A stretch of DNA of 64,000 nt, from the NCBI GenBank assembly GCA_002269645.1, contig NIVC01001983.1:103959-167958 (forward strand). Reading direction: 5' to 3'. Below, one piece after another: positions 1-11,690 of this stretch. The stretch comes from Macrostomum lignano. Lineage: Eukaryota. Within the stretch, counting starts at the first letter, position 1. The number at the start of each line of letters is the position of its first letter. A program made the translations under genes and the position numbers. The notes beneath the pieces were generated by a model that was not told where the DNA came from, did no database searches, and saw only the letters and a list, made by a program, of their open reading frames with translations.

Positions 1-347
<347 letters not shown>

Positions 348-354
348 CAGTCAC

Positions 355-3079
355 CACTTGGCCGATGCCGGTCTCGTTTCCGGCCACCGCCAGATCCGAG
401 GTGAAGTACAGCGAGCCCTCGGCGCCCTCCGCCAGCATGCGGCTGCTGCAGGTATCAAGCAGGTTCGGCCCGAAGGTCCGCGTGAAGCCCAGCTGAATCC
501 AGAAATAGCGCGGGCCCACAGCGTTGTGCATCTTCAGCTGTGAATCGGGACCAGGACAGACCGGAAGTGAAGCCTGAATGCTTGAGATAAAATTTTTTTA
601 AATCGAATTTACCTGGCACTCAAATTTGATCCCAGTCTCCACATTTCCAGCGCGCACAACTATGAAAATCCGAAGTCCCGTGTCCTGAATGCAGTTACAA
701 AAACCGCTAGTTAAAACACATGTAGAAGTGTAGAGGTCGGAGCTCATAAATTACGGCGCAAAAACTGAAAACGCATTGCAACTCACCAAGAGTCTCTTCA
801 GTGCAGCCGAGGGATCCAACTGGTAGATTGCTTTGCTCACTATGGTGATATTGTTGCTGGGCAGAAGGATCTCCAGCTGTTTAGTAATCTGCAGGCATCG
901 AGTGGATCGAGTTAGAAATACTGGGATCCATCAGGGGCCATCCACAAGATACTGCTGCATCATTTGGGGGAGCACTGAGAGTCTGATTCTCGCGCCACAC
1001 GAAAAGCAAAGTGGTATTGACAATTCACCAAAAAAGGATGCATACTCGTAGGACCATAGCAACACCGGTCACTTTCACGTGAGACATTCGGACAAGATGC
1101 GACCTGCCGCAACCACCGCAACCCTAACACCCATGAGGCAGTGGTGGCGCAGTATCGCTGGTTGGGGGGGGGGGGCAGTAGTTAGGTTGTCACCCCCCTT
1201 CCCCTACCAATCGTGATTAAACAAATAAAAACGTTTGAATTAGAGCACAAATTTTATAAGAAAGTAAAAATTACGAACAAATCATGACACACTTCTTACA
1301 AAACGAATGTACAACACGAAAATTCTTATAAAAATGCATTTTTAATCATTGATGCAAGTTGCATAGCTGGGGGTGACCATCTGCCCTCCCTTCCTAGGGT
1401 CTTTTCGAGGGCCGTGGGGATGGTGGGGTGGTCACCCCCTTGAGGCAGTGACCTGTGGTCACCCGGGGGCAGCTGCCCCCACCCCTGCCTCCCCCTGCGC
1501 CGCCACTGCCATGAGGTACACTTTTGTGGCATATTGTGGGAGTATCAGGGTGCACATTTTGAGGTGTCACTGTGTATGTAGTATCGCAGGGTAACCAGCC
1601 GCACTCACAGCGTAGACCCCGTCATAGTCGCTGGACAGCAGGCCCACTTGGTACCAGTTGTAGCGCTTGAGGATCTGCACCATGCCGGGTAGATACAAAC
1701 TGTTGGACGTGCCGACCCGGGAGAAGTACGGATAGAGAGACTTGTCCGCCAGAGCCGGAGTTGTGGCTGTGGTGCCAATCTGCAACATTTCATCAATAAT
1801 GAGCATGATCGATGAGCATGGCTGATCCATTCATTAAGAGGTGTATTTTCCCCAGGAAACTATCGGATCTTAAAAATTTTACATATCAGTCCAGTAATAC
1901 CATAGTGGTCTTTGGAATGCACTTAGAGATGGGATGTGAGTCCACTGGAACTGCAGATGGGATGTGAATCCACTGGGATAACTACAGATGGGATGTGAAT
2001 GCGCTGGGATAACTATAAATGGGATGTGAATGCACTGGGATAACTACAGATGGGGTTTGAATGCGCTGGGATAACTACAGATGGGATGTGAATGCACTGG
2101 GATAACTACAGATGGGATGTAAATCCATTAGGATAACTGCAGATGGGAAGTAAATCCATTAAGATAACTGCAGATGGGATGTGAATCCACTGGGATGACT
2201 AAATAAGGCAACATGCCGGGGATTTAAATGGGGAAAAATTGACCTGAGGCAAAAAGTAGTAGGCGCCGGCCAGGTTGGACACGATCACCGCCTGGTTGGA
2301 GTAGGTCGGCCCGAACAGCAGCGCTTTGTTCGGCAGCTTCAGGTAGCCGTCGTTGAATTTGCGAAGCGCGCTGCCCTGCAGCTCCTGCGGACGAAGTTGA
2401 AAATCTGCTACACCAGTTCAAAACGGAAGCCGTCGTTACCCAGTTCAAAGAGAAGCCGCCTACTTAGTTTAAAGAGAAACCGCGCTACCTGACTTCAAAG
2501 AGAAGCCGCTTCATACCCGACTTCAAAAGAGAAGCCGCCGCTACCCATTAAAAAGAGAAGCCGCGCGCCGCTACCCACTTCAAAGTGAAGCCGCCTACCC
2601 AGTTCAAAGAGAAACCGCGCTACCCGACTTCAAAGAGAAGCCGCCTACCCAGTTCAAAGAGAAACCGCGCTACCCGACTTTAAAGAGAAGCCGCCTACCC
2701 AGTTCAGAGAAACCGCGCTACCCGACTTCAAAGACAAGCCGCTCCTACCCGACTTCAAAGACAAGCCGCTCCTACCAGACTTCAAAGTGTCGCCGCTCCT
2801 TACCAGCAATCGCACCTAAAAACTCACCCGGTCCGCGCAGAAATAGGATGCAGCGATGCGAAACGTGTAGTTAAAGTTCGGCTGAGCAGTGACATTATTA
2901 ATGTAGTCAGTCGCGAAGCTAAAGTATTCAACTTCGAATCTGGCCGTGTCGTTTACCGAGCACAGGACCATTGTGTGCACTGTGGTACGATTGTCGTCTG
3001 ATTGGGCTCCGCTAGAAGTTACTAAAAGCAGAAGCAGCAACGCCTGCGGCAATAGCCACGGTTGAAAAGAACCTCGCAT
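355..3079 (-). CDS. 5' part of a receptor with a signal peptide and ANF_receptor/Venus-flytrap domain (class C GPCR or receptor guanylyl cyclase type); continues beyond the left edge
   Basis: Six exons, joined in phase 0 across GT-AG introns: 3079-2828 (MRGSFQPWLLPQALLLLLLVTSSGA...FCADR), 2384-2244 (ELQGSALRKF...ALLFGPTYSNQAVIVSNLAGAYYFLPQ), 1779-1609 (IGTTATTPALADKSLYPYFSRV...RYNWYQVGLLSSDYDGVYA), 888-787 (ITKQLEILL...AALKRLL), 684-613 (DTGLRIFIVV...KFECQ), 537-~355 (LKMHNAVGPRYFWIQLG...). Motifs LFGP, LxDKxxYPYFxR, WxxVGLL, RIFI and CxxxxxxxxGPxYxW occur in the canonical ANF_receptor order. The last donor (354 or 357) is uncertain. Confidence 0.85.
1139..1508. mobile_element. hAT-type MITE (370 bp) in an intron of the VFT receptor
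   Basis: TIRs cagtggtggcgcag / ctgcgccgccactg (13/14). Perfect 8-bp TSD ccatgagg at 1131-1138 and 1509-1516. Confidence 0.85.
1928..2195. repeat. Intronic 31-bp minisatellite (ggataactacagatgggatgtgaatgcactg), ~8 copies
   Basis: Period 31 seen directly (e.g. 1975, 2006). Confidence 0.9.
2425..2800. repeat. Intronic minisatellite of alternating 24/26-bp units (aagagaagccgcctacccagttca / aagagaaaccgcgctacccgacttca)
   Basis: caaag recurs at 2581, 2605 and 2631. Confidence 0.9.
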
Positions 3080-3303
3080 TTCGACAGTTAAAAAAACTGG
3101 ATGAGGCAAAAAGCGCCGAGAGCTGACAGCAAGTGCACAGTTTTATGAGGAAATTTTTCATCCAATAACGTCTGTTGAAAGGCTGCATCGTCACGTGATT
3201 CGTATCGAACTGGCTGTTGGCTCTCTTGGAAAATTCCCCTGCCAGTTGACAGGTCACTGCCGACATCAGATACTCATTTTCTCTCGTTTGTAACCAAGCT
3301 ATT

Positions 3304-3424
3304 CTCTCTACTAGACTGAGTACAGGCATTCTACTAGACTGAATACAGACACTCTGCTAGACTGAATACAGACACTCTACTAGACTGAGTACAGGCACTC
3401 TACTAGACTGAGTAGACACTCTAC
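3304..3424. repeat. 23-bp tandem repeat (ctactagactgagtacaggcact), ~5 copies
   Basis: Units start at 3308, 3331 and 3354. Confidence 0.85.
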
Positions 3425-3859
3425 TTTCATTTGTGCCCCAAAAAATAGGTCTGGTGGGTCATGTAACTTAAGCTTGTTTTCGAGCTCCCAATCGGATCTA
3501 ATTGCCGCATTAAAAATTCAAAGGATGCAAGGCCAACCATGCAATATTGCCATGCAGCGCACTTGTAATGTTTCTCAGACAAGCAAAATGACTGCTCAGG
3601 TAAATCAGGCGGAAATCACGCAGAACGGCGCGCTCTGCCAGCACGCAACGAGCCATAGATGCACAAATGGGAGTAGATATAATATTCTTACCAGGCTACT
3701 TACAGTAGAGTATGTCAAAGACGATCTTTTCAGGGAAGCAGAAAATCAAGCGCAAATTTTATTGGGAACACAAGGCCATAATTAAATTTTATACTAATCA
3801 GAGAGGATAAACTGACGAATGTAGGAAATAATCATAGTGATTCAAACACGAGTGAATGA

Positions 3860-6855
3860 GGAGATTCACACAAAAGGGAATTAGGAGATTCACACGAGAA
3901 AATCAGGAGATTTACACACAAGGGAATTAGGAATTAGGGAATTAAAAGAAGATTCAAACATCAGGGAATTAAAAGAAGATTCACAAATCAGGGAATTAAA
4001 AGAAGATTCACACACGAGGGAATTAAAAGAAGATTAACACACGAGGGAATTAAAAGAAGATTAACACACGAGGGAATTAAAAGAAGATTCACACACGAGG
4101 GAATTAAAAGAAGATTCACACATCAGGGAATTAAAAGAAGATTCACACACGAGGGAATTAAAAGAAGATTCACACACGAGGGAATTAAAAGAAGATTCAC
4201 ACACGAGGGAATTAAAAGAAGATTCACACACCAGGGAATAAAAAGAAGATTCAAACATCAGGGAATTAAAAGAAGATTCACACATCAGGAAATTAAAAGA
4301 AGATTCACACATCAGGGAATTAAAAGAAGATTCACACATCAGGGAATTAAAAGAAGATTCACACACGAGGGAATTAAAAGAAGATTCACACACGAGGGAA
4401 TTAAAAGAAGATTCACACACGAGGGAATTAAAAGAAGATTCACACACGAGGGAATTAAAAGAAGATTCACACACCAGGGAATAAAAAGAAGATTCAAACA
4501 TCAGGGAATTAAAAGAAGATTAACACACGAGGGAATTAAAAGAAGATTCACACACGAGGGAATTAAAAGAAGATTAACACACGAGGGAATTAAAAGAAGA
4601 TTCACACACGAGGGAATTAAAAGAAGATTCACACACCAGGAAATTAAAAGAAGATTAACACACGAGGGAATTAAAAGAAGATTCACACATCAGGGAATTA
4701 AAAGAAGATTCACACACGAGGGAATTAAAAGAAGATTCACACACGAGGGAATTAAAAGAAGATTCACACACGAGGGAATTAAAAGAAGATTCACACACGA
4801 GGGAATTAAAAGAAGATTCACACATCAGGGAATTAAAAGAAGATTCACACACGAGGGAATTAAAAGAAGATTAACACACGAGGGAATTAAAAGAAGATTC
4901 ACACACGAGGGAATTAAAAGAAGATTCACACACGAGGGAATTAAAAGAAGATTCACACACGAGGGAATTAAAAGAAGATTAACACACGAGGGAATTAAAA
5001 GAAGATTCACACACGAGGGAATTAAAAGAAGATTCACACATCAGGGAATTAAAAGAAGATTCACACACGAGGGAATTAAAAGAAGATTCACACACGAGGG
5101 AATTAAAAGAAGATTCACACACGAGGGAATTAAAAGAAGATTCACACATCAGGGAATTAAAAGAAGATTCACACACGAGGGAATTAAAAGAAGATTAACA
5201 CACGAGGGAATTAAAAGAAGATTCACACACGAGGGAATTAAAAGAAGATTAACACACGAGGGAATTAAAAGAAGATTCACACACGAGGGAATTAAAAGAA
5301 GATTCACACACCAGGAAATTAAAAGAAGATTAACACACGAGGGAATTAAAAGAAGATTCACACACCAGGAAATTAAAAGAAGATTAACACACGAGAAAAT
5401 TAAAAGAAGATTAACACACGAGGGAATTAAAAGAAGATTCACACATCAGGGAATTAAAAGAAGATTCACACACGAGGGAATTAAAAGAAGATTCACACAC
5501 GAGGGAATTAAAAGAAGATTCACACACGAGGGAATTAAAAGAAGTTTCACACACCAGGGAATAAAAAGAAGATTCAAACATCAGGGAATTAAAGATTCAC
5601 ACACGAGGGAATTAAAAGAAGATTCACACACGAGGGAATTAAAAGAAGATTCACACACGAGGGAATTAAAAGAAGATTCACACACGAGGGAATTAAAAGA
5701 AGATTCACACACCAGGGAATAAAAAGAAGATTCAAACATCAGGGAATTAAAAGAAGATTAACACACGAGGGAATTAAAAGAAGATTCACACACGAGGGAA
5801 TTAAAATAAGATTAACACACGAGGGAATTAAAAGAAGATTCACACACGAGGGAATTAAAAGAAGATTCACACACCAGGAAATTAAAAGAAGATTAACACA
5901 CGAGGGAATTAAAAGAAGATTCACACACGAGGAAATTAAAAGAAGATTCACACACGAGGAAATTAAAAGAAGATTAACACACGAGGGAATTAAAAGAAGA
6001 TTCACACATCAGGGAATTAAAAGAAGATTCACACACGAGGGAATTAAAAGAAGATTCACACATCAGGGAATTAAAAGAAGATTCACACACCAGGGAATAA
6101 AAAGAAGATTCAAACATCAGGGAATTAAAAGAAGATTCACACATCAGGAAATTAAAAGAAGATTAACACACGAGGGAATTAAAAGAAGATTAACACACGA
6201 GGGAATTAAAAGAAGATTCACACACGAGGGAATTAAAAGAAGATTCACACATCAGGGAATAAAAAGAAGATTCACACACGAGGGAATTAAAAGAAGATTC
6301 ACACACGAGGGAATTAAAAGAAGATTCACACACGAGGGAATTAAAAGAAGATTCACACACGAGGGAATTAAAAGAAGATTCACACACCAGGGAATAAAAA
6401 GAAGATTCAAACATCAGGGAATTAAAAGATTAACACACGAGGGAATTAAAAGAAGATTCACACACGAGGGAATTAAAAGAAGATTAACACACGAGGGAAT
6501 TAAAAGAAGATTCACACACGAGGGAATTAAAAGAAGATTCACACACCAGGAAATTAAAAGAAGATTAACACACGAGGGAATTAAAAGAAGATTCACACAC
6601 GAGGAAATTAAAAGAAGATTCACACACGAGGAAATTAAAAGAAAATTAACACACGAGGGAATTAAAAGAAGATTCACACATCAGGGAATTAAAAGAAGAT
6701 TCACACACGAGGGAATTAAAAGAAGATTCACACACGAGGGAATTAAAAGAAGATTCACACATCAGGGAATTAAAAGAAGATTCACACACCTGGGAATTAA
6801 AAGAAGATTCACACACGAGGGAATTAAAGATTAACACACGAGGGAATTAAAAGAA
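3860..6855. repeat. 27-bp satellite array (gagggaattaaaagaagattcacacac), ~110 copies
   Basis: Near-identical units over 3 kb; accounts for all CESSFNSLV/VNLLLIPSC ORFs. Confidence 0.99.
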
Positions 6856-8064
6856 AAAGGTTTTCATAAGAAGTTAATCGATTTTTTTTTTAGAGGACAT
6901 TTAAGATCGCTTTAAGTTATGCTTTTATCGAATTAGGAAAGCAGAAATAGCACTAAACCATGATAGCTCCTTACCTTTCTAAGAATACATGTATAACAAC
7001 GAACACAATAGTTCAACCTTGACACCAAAGCTACAACCTGGTAGGCCTTAATTATCAATAATTAAGCTTTCATGGTCACGCTTCATTAATCTGTTCATCT
7101 AAGCTAGGCTGTGACAGGGCACATCCGGCCACTAAGAAAACGCTTCGCCCCTAAACACCGCTTATCCAAGCTTGCAGCAAGTAAGACTGAAACTAGAAGC
7201 TTGCCACAATTAGCAGCAATTTGCGCTTCGATTGACTTCAGCACACGCAGGCTGGCACATCCGCCAGTATAATCGATAAAGATCATTTATTCTTTTTTTA
7301 AAATAACATTCGCGTATAAATGTAGATCAATGCGCCTCTTGAACGGACGCTATTCAGCGCCAGAAATTGCAAAAGCAACAACAACAAGGAAGCCGGTCAG
7401 GGGAAAAAACACATGTGTACAAGTACAGGGCGAAAAAATAATAACTGATGAAAAATTTCGATTTCTCAAAGTCGTGGGAAAATATAGAAAATAGACATGG
7501 ACTAAGCAGGTAGGGAAAAATCAAGATGATTACAAAAATATAGCAAAAAATAATGAGCGAATGCATCGAATCAATAAAATTAATCAATGGACAGAACCCG
7601 CACTCATTAGGAGATGGCGAGCCTGCTAAGCATTTGAGCACACAATGCCTATAAATAAGCAATAAATATAATACTAAAAAAGCCAGCAAAATCAGGTGTA
7701 AAAAAGCCATTTGAATCAGTGGAATAAATATTAATTAAATTCAATCAATTTGGCAGAACCAAAGCTCGGTTTGGGTTCGAATAGTGTGTACAGGGAAAAA
7801 TCAGTGCTTTAAATACATACTGATTGGAATATAGAAATTGCCTGAATCAACTGGAAAGGTGATACAAAGTACTGTCTATATAAATAACAATAAATAACAG
7901 CTAAAAGTGCAAGCAGGACAGCAGTTAGCGCGAAAAGTTAAGCCACGGAAGTTTAAGAATTAGCATATTAGTAAAGAACAAGTAAAGAACAGTTCTTGAT
8001 TGCGTATAAGACGTAGCAAAGCTACGATATGAGAACGAATCGTTAAAAACGTTTAACCAAATCT

Positions 8065-8735
8065 AACAGGGATGGGACAGGGGGTGGCATCTCACTGATG
8101 GGTCAAGGATGGGGTGGCATCTCACCGATGGATCAAGGATGGGGGTGGCATCTCACTGATGGATCAAGGATGGGGTAGGGGGTGACACCCCTCTGATGGA
8201 TCAAGGATGGGATAGGGGGTGACACACCTCTGATGGATCAAGGATGGGGTAGGGGGTGACACCCCTCTGATGGATCAAGGATGGGATAGGGGGTGACACC
8301 CCTCTGATGGATCAAGGATGGGATAGGGGGTGACACCCCTCTGATGGATCAAGGATGGGATAGGGGGTGACACACCTCTGATGGATCAAGGATGGGGTAG
8401 GGGGTGACACACCTCTGATGGATCAAGGATGGGGTAGGGGGTGACACACCTCTGATGGATCAAGGATGGGATAGGGGGTGACACACCTCTGATGGATCAA
8501 GGATGGGGTAGGGGGTGACACCCCTCTGATGGATCAAGGATGGGGTAGTGAGTGACACCACTCTGATGGATCAAGGATGGGGTAGTGAGTGACACCACTC
8601 TGATGGATCAAGGATGGGGTAGTGAGTGACACCACTCTGATGGATCAAGGATGGGGTAGTGAGTGACACCACTCTAATGGATCAAGGATGGGTAGGTGGT
8701 GGCACCCTTCTGATGGATCAAGGATGGCGTAGGGA
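8065..8735. repeat. G-rich 37-bp minisatellite (ctctgatggatcaaggatggggtagggggtgacacc-type), ~18 copies
   Basis: Units start at 8191, 8228 and 8265. Confidence 0.95.
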
Positions 8736-8887
8736 CTGACCTTCAATGACCTTCAATGAGTATAGACTTCAGACTCTAGCGCAATGAACAATGAAAATAT
8801 AAAAACTAAAACTAGAAGTTACAAGCGCCTCACACTAGCCTGGTCACTGTGCAATGTTTTGAACAAAACCACAAACACTCGATTCAA

Positions 8888-11690
8888 TTAGTTTGCCGAG
8901 TTGTCCCGCTTCTTTTTCTTGGCCGAGTATTCACCAATGAACGAGCCGTCCTCGGTGAAATCGCCCACTAAAGAGTATAAAATGATTTAAGTTTATTATA
9001 TAATGGAATTATTGCACAATTTATAGATACAAACACACAAATGAGCACTCACTATCGCCCATGTCGTCTTTGTAGACGTCCAATTCTCGATCGTCTTGAC
9101 TCTTGATTGACACACCCGAGTAGGAATTCAGCGACATTCTTTCAGCCCGCATTGGCGCCTCCTCCGCCGGCTGGTACTCCTTGAAGTGCTCCTCCTTGAC
9201 CTCCAACTCGGGATGGTTGCCCTGCTGGCGCTCCTTCTCGTCGACCAAGTAAGTCTGGCCCGAGTCGCGTCTCAGAAGCAGCACCAGGAGTATGATTGCA
9301 ATTAGAACAATGAGAGCGGCCAGGGTGATGCCAGCAATGAGGCCGGCACTGGCGCTGGCTAGCCCAGCAGCCGGCTGCTCGTCGCTGATCCAATTGAAAC
9401 CCAGTCTAATGCTTAAATCGGCGAGCAAATCAGCCGAGTCAAAGTCGGTGGAGTAAAAGCAGGTAGAATCGGCTCGGCAGTCTCGGTCACCAAATGACAC
9501 AATAGGCTGGCCGTAGCGCTCTTTGTGCAAGTTTAGATTAGTAAGCTTCGTACCGGAGGAGTCTTTGTACCCAAAATTAAATACTGGCGTTAAATATTTG
9601 TACTTTTGTAGAATAGAGATGACTTCTTTTTTAGCGTTAGGCAATATTTTAAACAACAAACGGTTCGTCTCGGGATAGAACTTTGATACAGAAATATCCT
9701 GTCCATGGATGGTATGAATGTTTTCAAGCAGCTCGTTGTCAATCTTAAAATAGGCAAACACTTTGACACCGCTTGCCGCCAACCGACGAGTCATGTCGGG
9801 GCTCAAAGAGACTTCAAAAGTACCGCCAACTTTGTTGGAGCATTTCTGCTCAGAACAAGGCTTAGCAGACGTTCGATTGAAACTTAAAATCGTGGGTCGC
9901 TTAAGAAAGATGACATTGCTGCTGCTCTGGATGTTGTATGATGGTAGGCCAACCTTCTGGGCATCGGCAGGGCTGACAGATGCATCGCACACGAATCGAT
10001 GAGTGAAGTTCAGATAAGTTGAAGAATCGGAGACAGGCACCCGGGAGATTGTCAGGTTTAGTGTTTTGGTTTCGTTTGTTTTAAGAGTTGACTGGCGAAC
10101 GGTGGAAACAGAAGAGGAAAACATCTGATTAAATTGGTCCAGATCGAGCTTTTTCCACTTCTGATCAGCGGTGCCAATGGTGTGAAAGGCTGGAATCACG
10201 TCGACTTGGTCCATATTAGTGTAGTACACTGTGCAGTTATAAGAGAGAGTCTCGTTTTCAATTGCAAATACTACTTGAGGCAAGTCTCCCGAAACAATTT
10301 TGCTGTCGCTATCGTGCAATCTTGTTAAAAACTGGGGCATGGAGACAATTTTAACGTCAAACTTGAAGCTCTTCCCGCCAGCCTCGCACCTGTATTCACC
10401 GGAGTCGTTCTCGAAAAGCTCAGCTGGAAATTCGATTACATTTCCTGTTCGAGAAATTTTCAGTCCCTGAACATAAGTCCATTCGCTTTGACCGTTGGAC
10501 ACAATTTGTTGGTTGCCATGGTAAAATCTAAACACCTGGTTAGGATCGTCACAAATAATTGGACACACTAACGGGGTGTAGTCCATGCCAGCAAATATGC
10601 TCACTGATCGAGCCGTGCCCGAGCCAACAATCGAACATTCAGTGGTTCTTGAACCCATTTGCTTATAATTCACAATAGTAGTAGATATTCTCTGCTTAAC
10701 CTCATCAACCTTGAAATACGGCTGGCTATGACCAGCAAAAGAAACTAGAGTGCAAATACCGATTTCTTTGGGCGATCCTCGGTCTCTGAAGAAGTTTGAT
10801 ATGGCGGTTGTTAGTCCATATTTCGAATAGTACAACCTGCCGTCATTCAAGCTTAATCCAATATGTTTTAACAAATTAATATTATTCTCATTCATCTTTG
10901 AGTAGTAGTTAACAAACATAGAGACCAAATGCGACTGGAAATTCTGACAGTCGCCGGCATCGAATTGCAAAATTGCCCCAATGTTGATCTTTGCCTTGAT
11001 AAAATCCGGAGCTGACCGAATCCGATCGACAATCTGCTGGTCGATAAAGGGCACATAAGAGAATGGATCGTCGGTAGTGTTCATCTGGATCATGAAATTG
11101 ATGGCCGGCACAGTTAGAAAGCGCTTATAAAAGCTGTCAATAATGGCGTCGTTAGACGATGAACTGGGCGATTTGCTAATAGCGTCTAGGTTGTAAACAA
11201 ACAGACTGTTGGATGTGATTGTGCCGACAGGAAATTCAACCCGGATGTACAGTTGAATCTTTTGAGAAAACACGTTATCGTAAGTTTGCATCGAATCCAA
11301 AAGTGTAAAATAGAAGTCAATGCCTTCCTTTCCGCTCACTTTACTAATGGTGAAGGGCATAGTGCCCGGACAATAATTACTCTGCGACTGAACGCTACTA
11401 AGAGCGACTTCCTCCGGAGGACTCGACTCAGTACACCTGTAAACTAGAACCTTGGTGCCAGAGCTGTTGCCAGTATCGCCGCCAACGTTAATCCTGATAA
11501 TAAGCCGCTTATCTTTGTTAAGAAAGGCCAACTTGTTGGATACGCCAACTTCCCAGACGTCGTCCCAGGACAGCATAATTTTGTTAGACTGTGAGTACAC
11601 AAACTGTGGCGACTTCTGCGCAACACTAACTGCTAGTAGGGCCGCCAGCAGCACGCATAGCCAGCTGAAAGTCTGGCTCCAAGCCATCAT
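8888..11690 (-). CDS. L1CAM/neuroglian-like Ig-superfamily type I membrane protein, paralog A (FIGEY)
   Basis: Exon 1, 11690-9053: signal peptide, degenerate Ig domains (DSGEYRCEA; GRLYYS), TM (LIAGITLAALIVLIAIILLVLLL), tail RRDSGQTYLVDEKERQQGNHPELEVKEEHFKEY. Donor A|GTGAGT at 9052, 85-bp intron, acceptor TTTAG at 8968. Exon 2, 8967-8888, completes MGDFTEDGSFIGEYSAKKKKRDNSAN*, containing the L1-family ankyrin-binding motif. Confidence 0.88.

Noticed and set aside
3860-6855. CRISPR-like regular array and many repetitive ORFs
   Set aside because: Units are head-to-tail with no unique spacers and no cas genes; the ORFs are a by-product of a stop-free 27-bp unit.
7354-7710. 118-aa hydrophobic, Cys-rich ORF (similar cases at 11959-12234 and 35058-35312)
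   Set aside because: Explained by A/T-run composition; no motif, splice support or recognisable homology by eye.
9021-9052. ORF-track C-termini of the 889-aa and 895-aa proteins as the main products
   Set aside because: Consensus donors and downstream FIGEY/FIGDY exons show these ends are intron read-through; kept only as a possible minor isoform.
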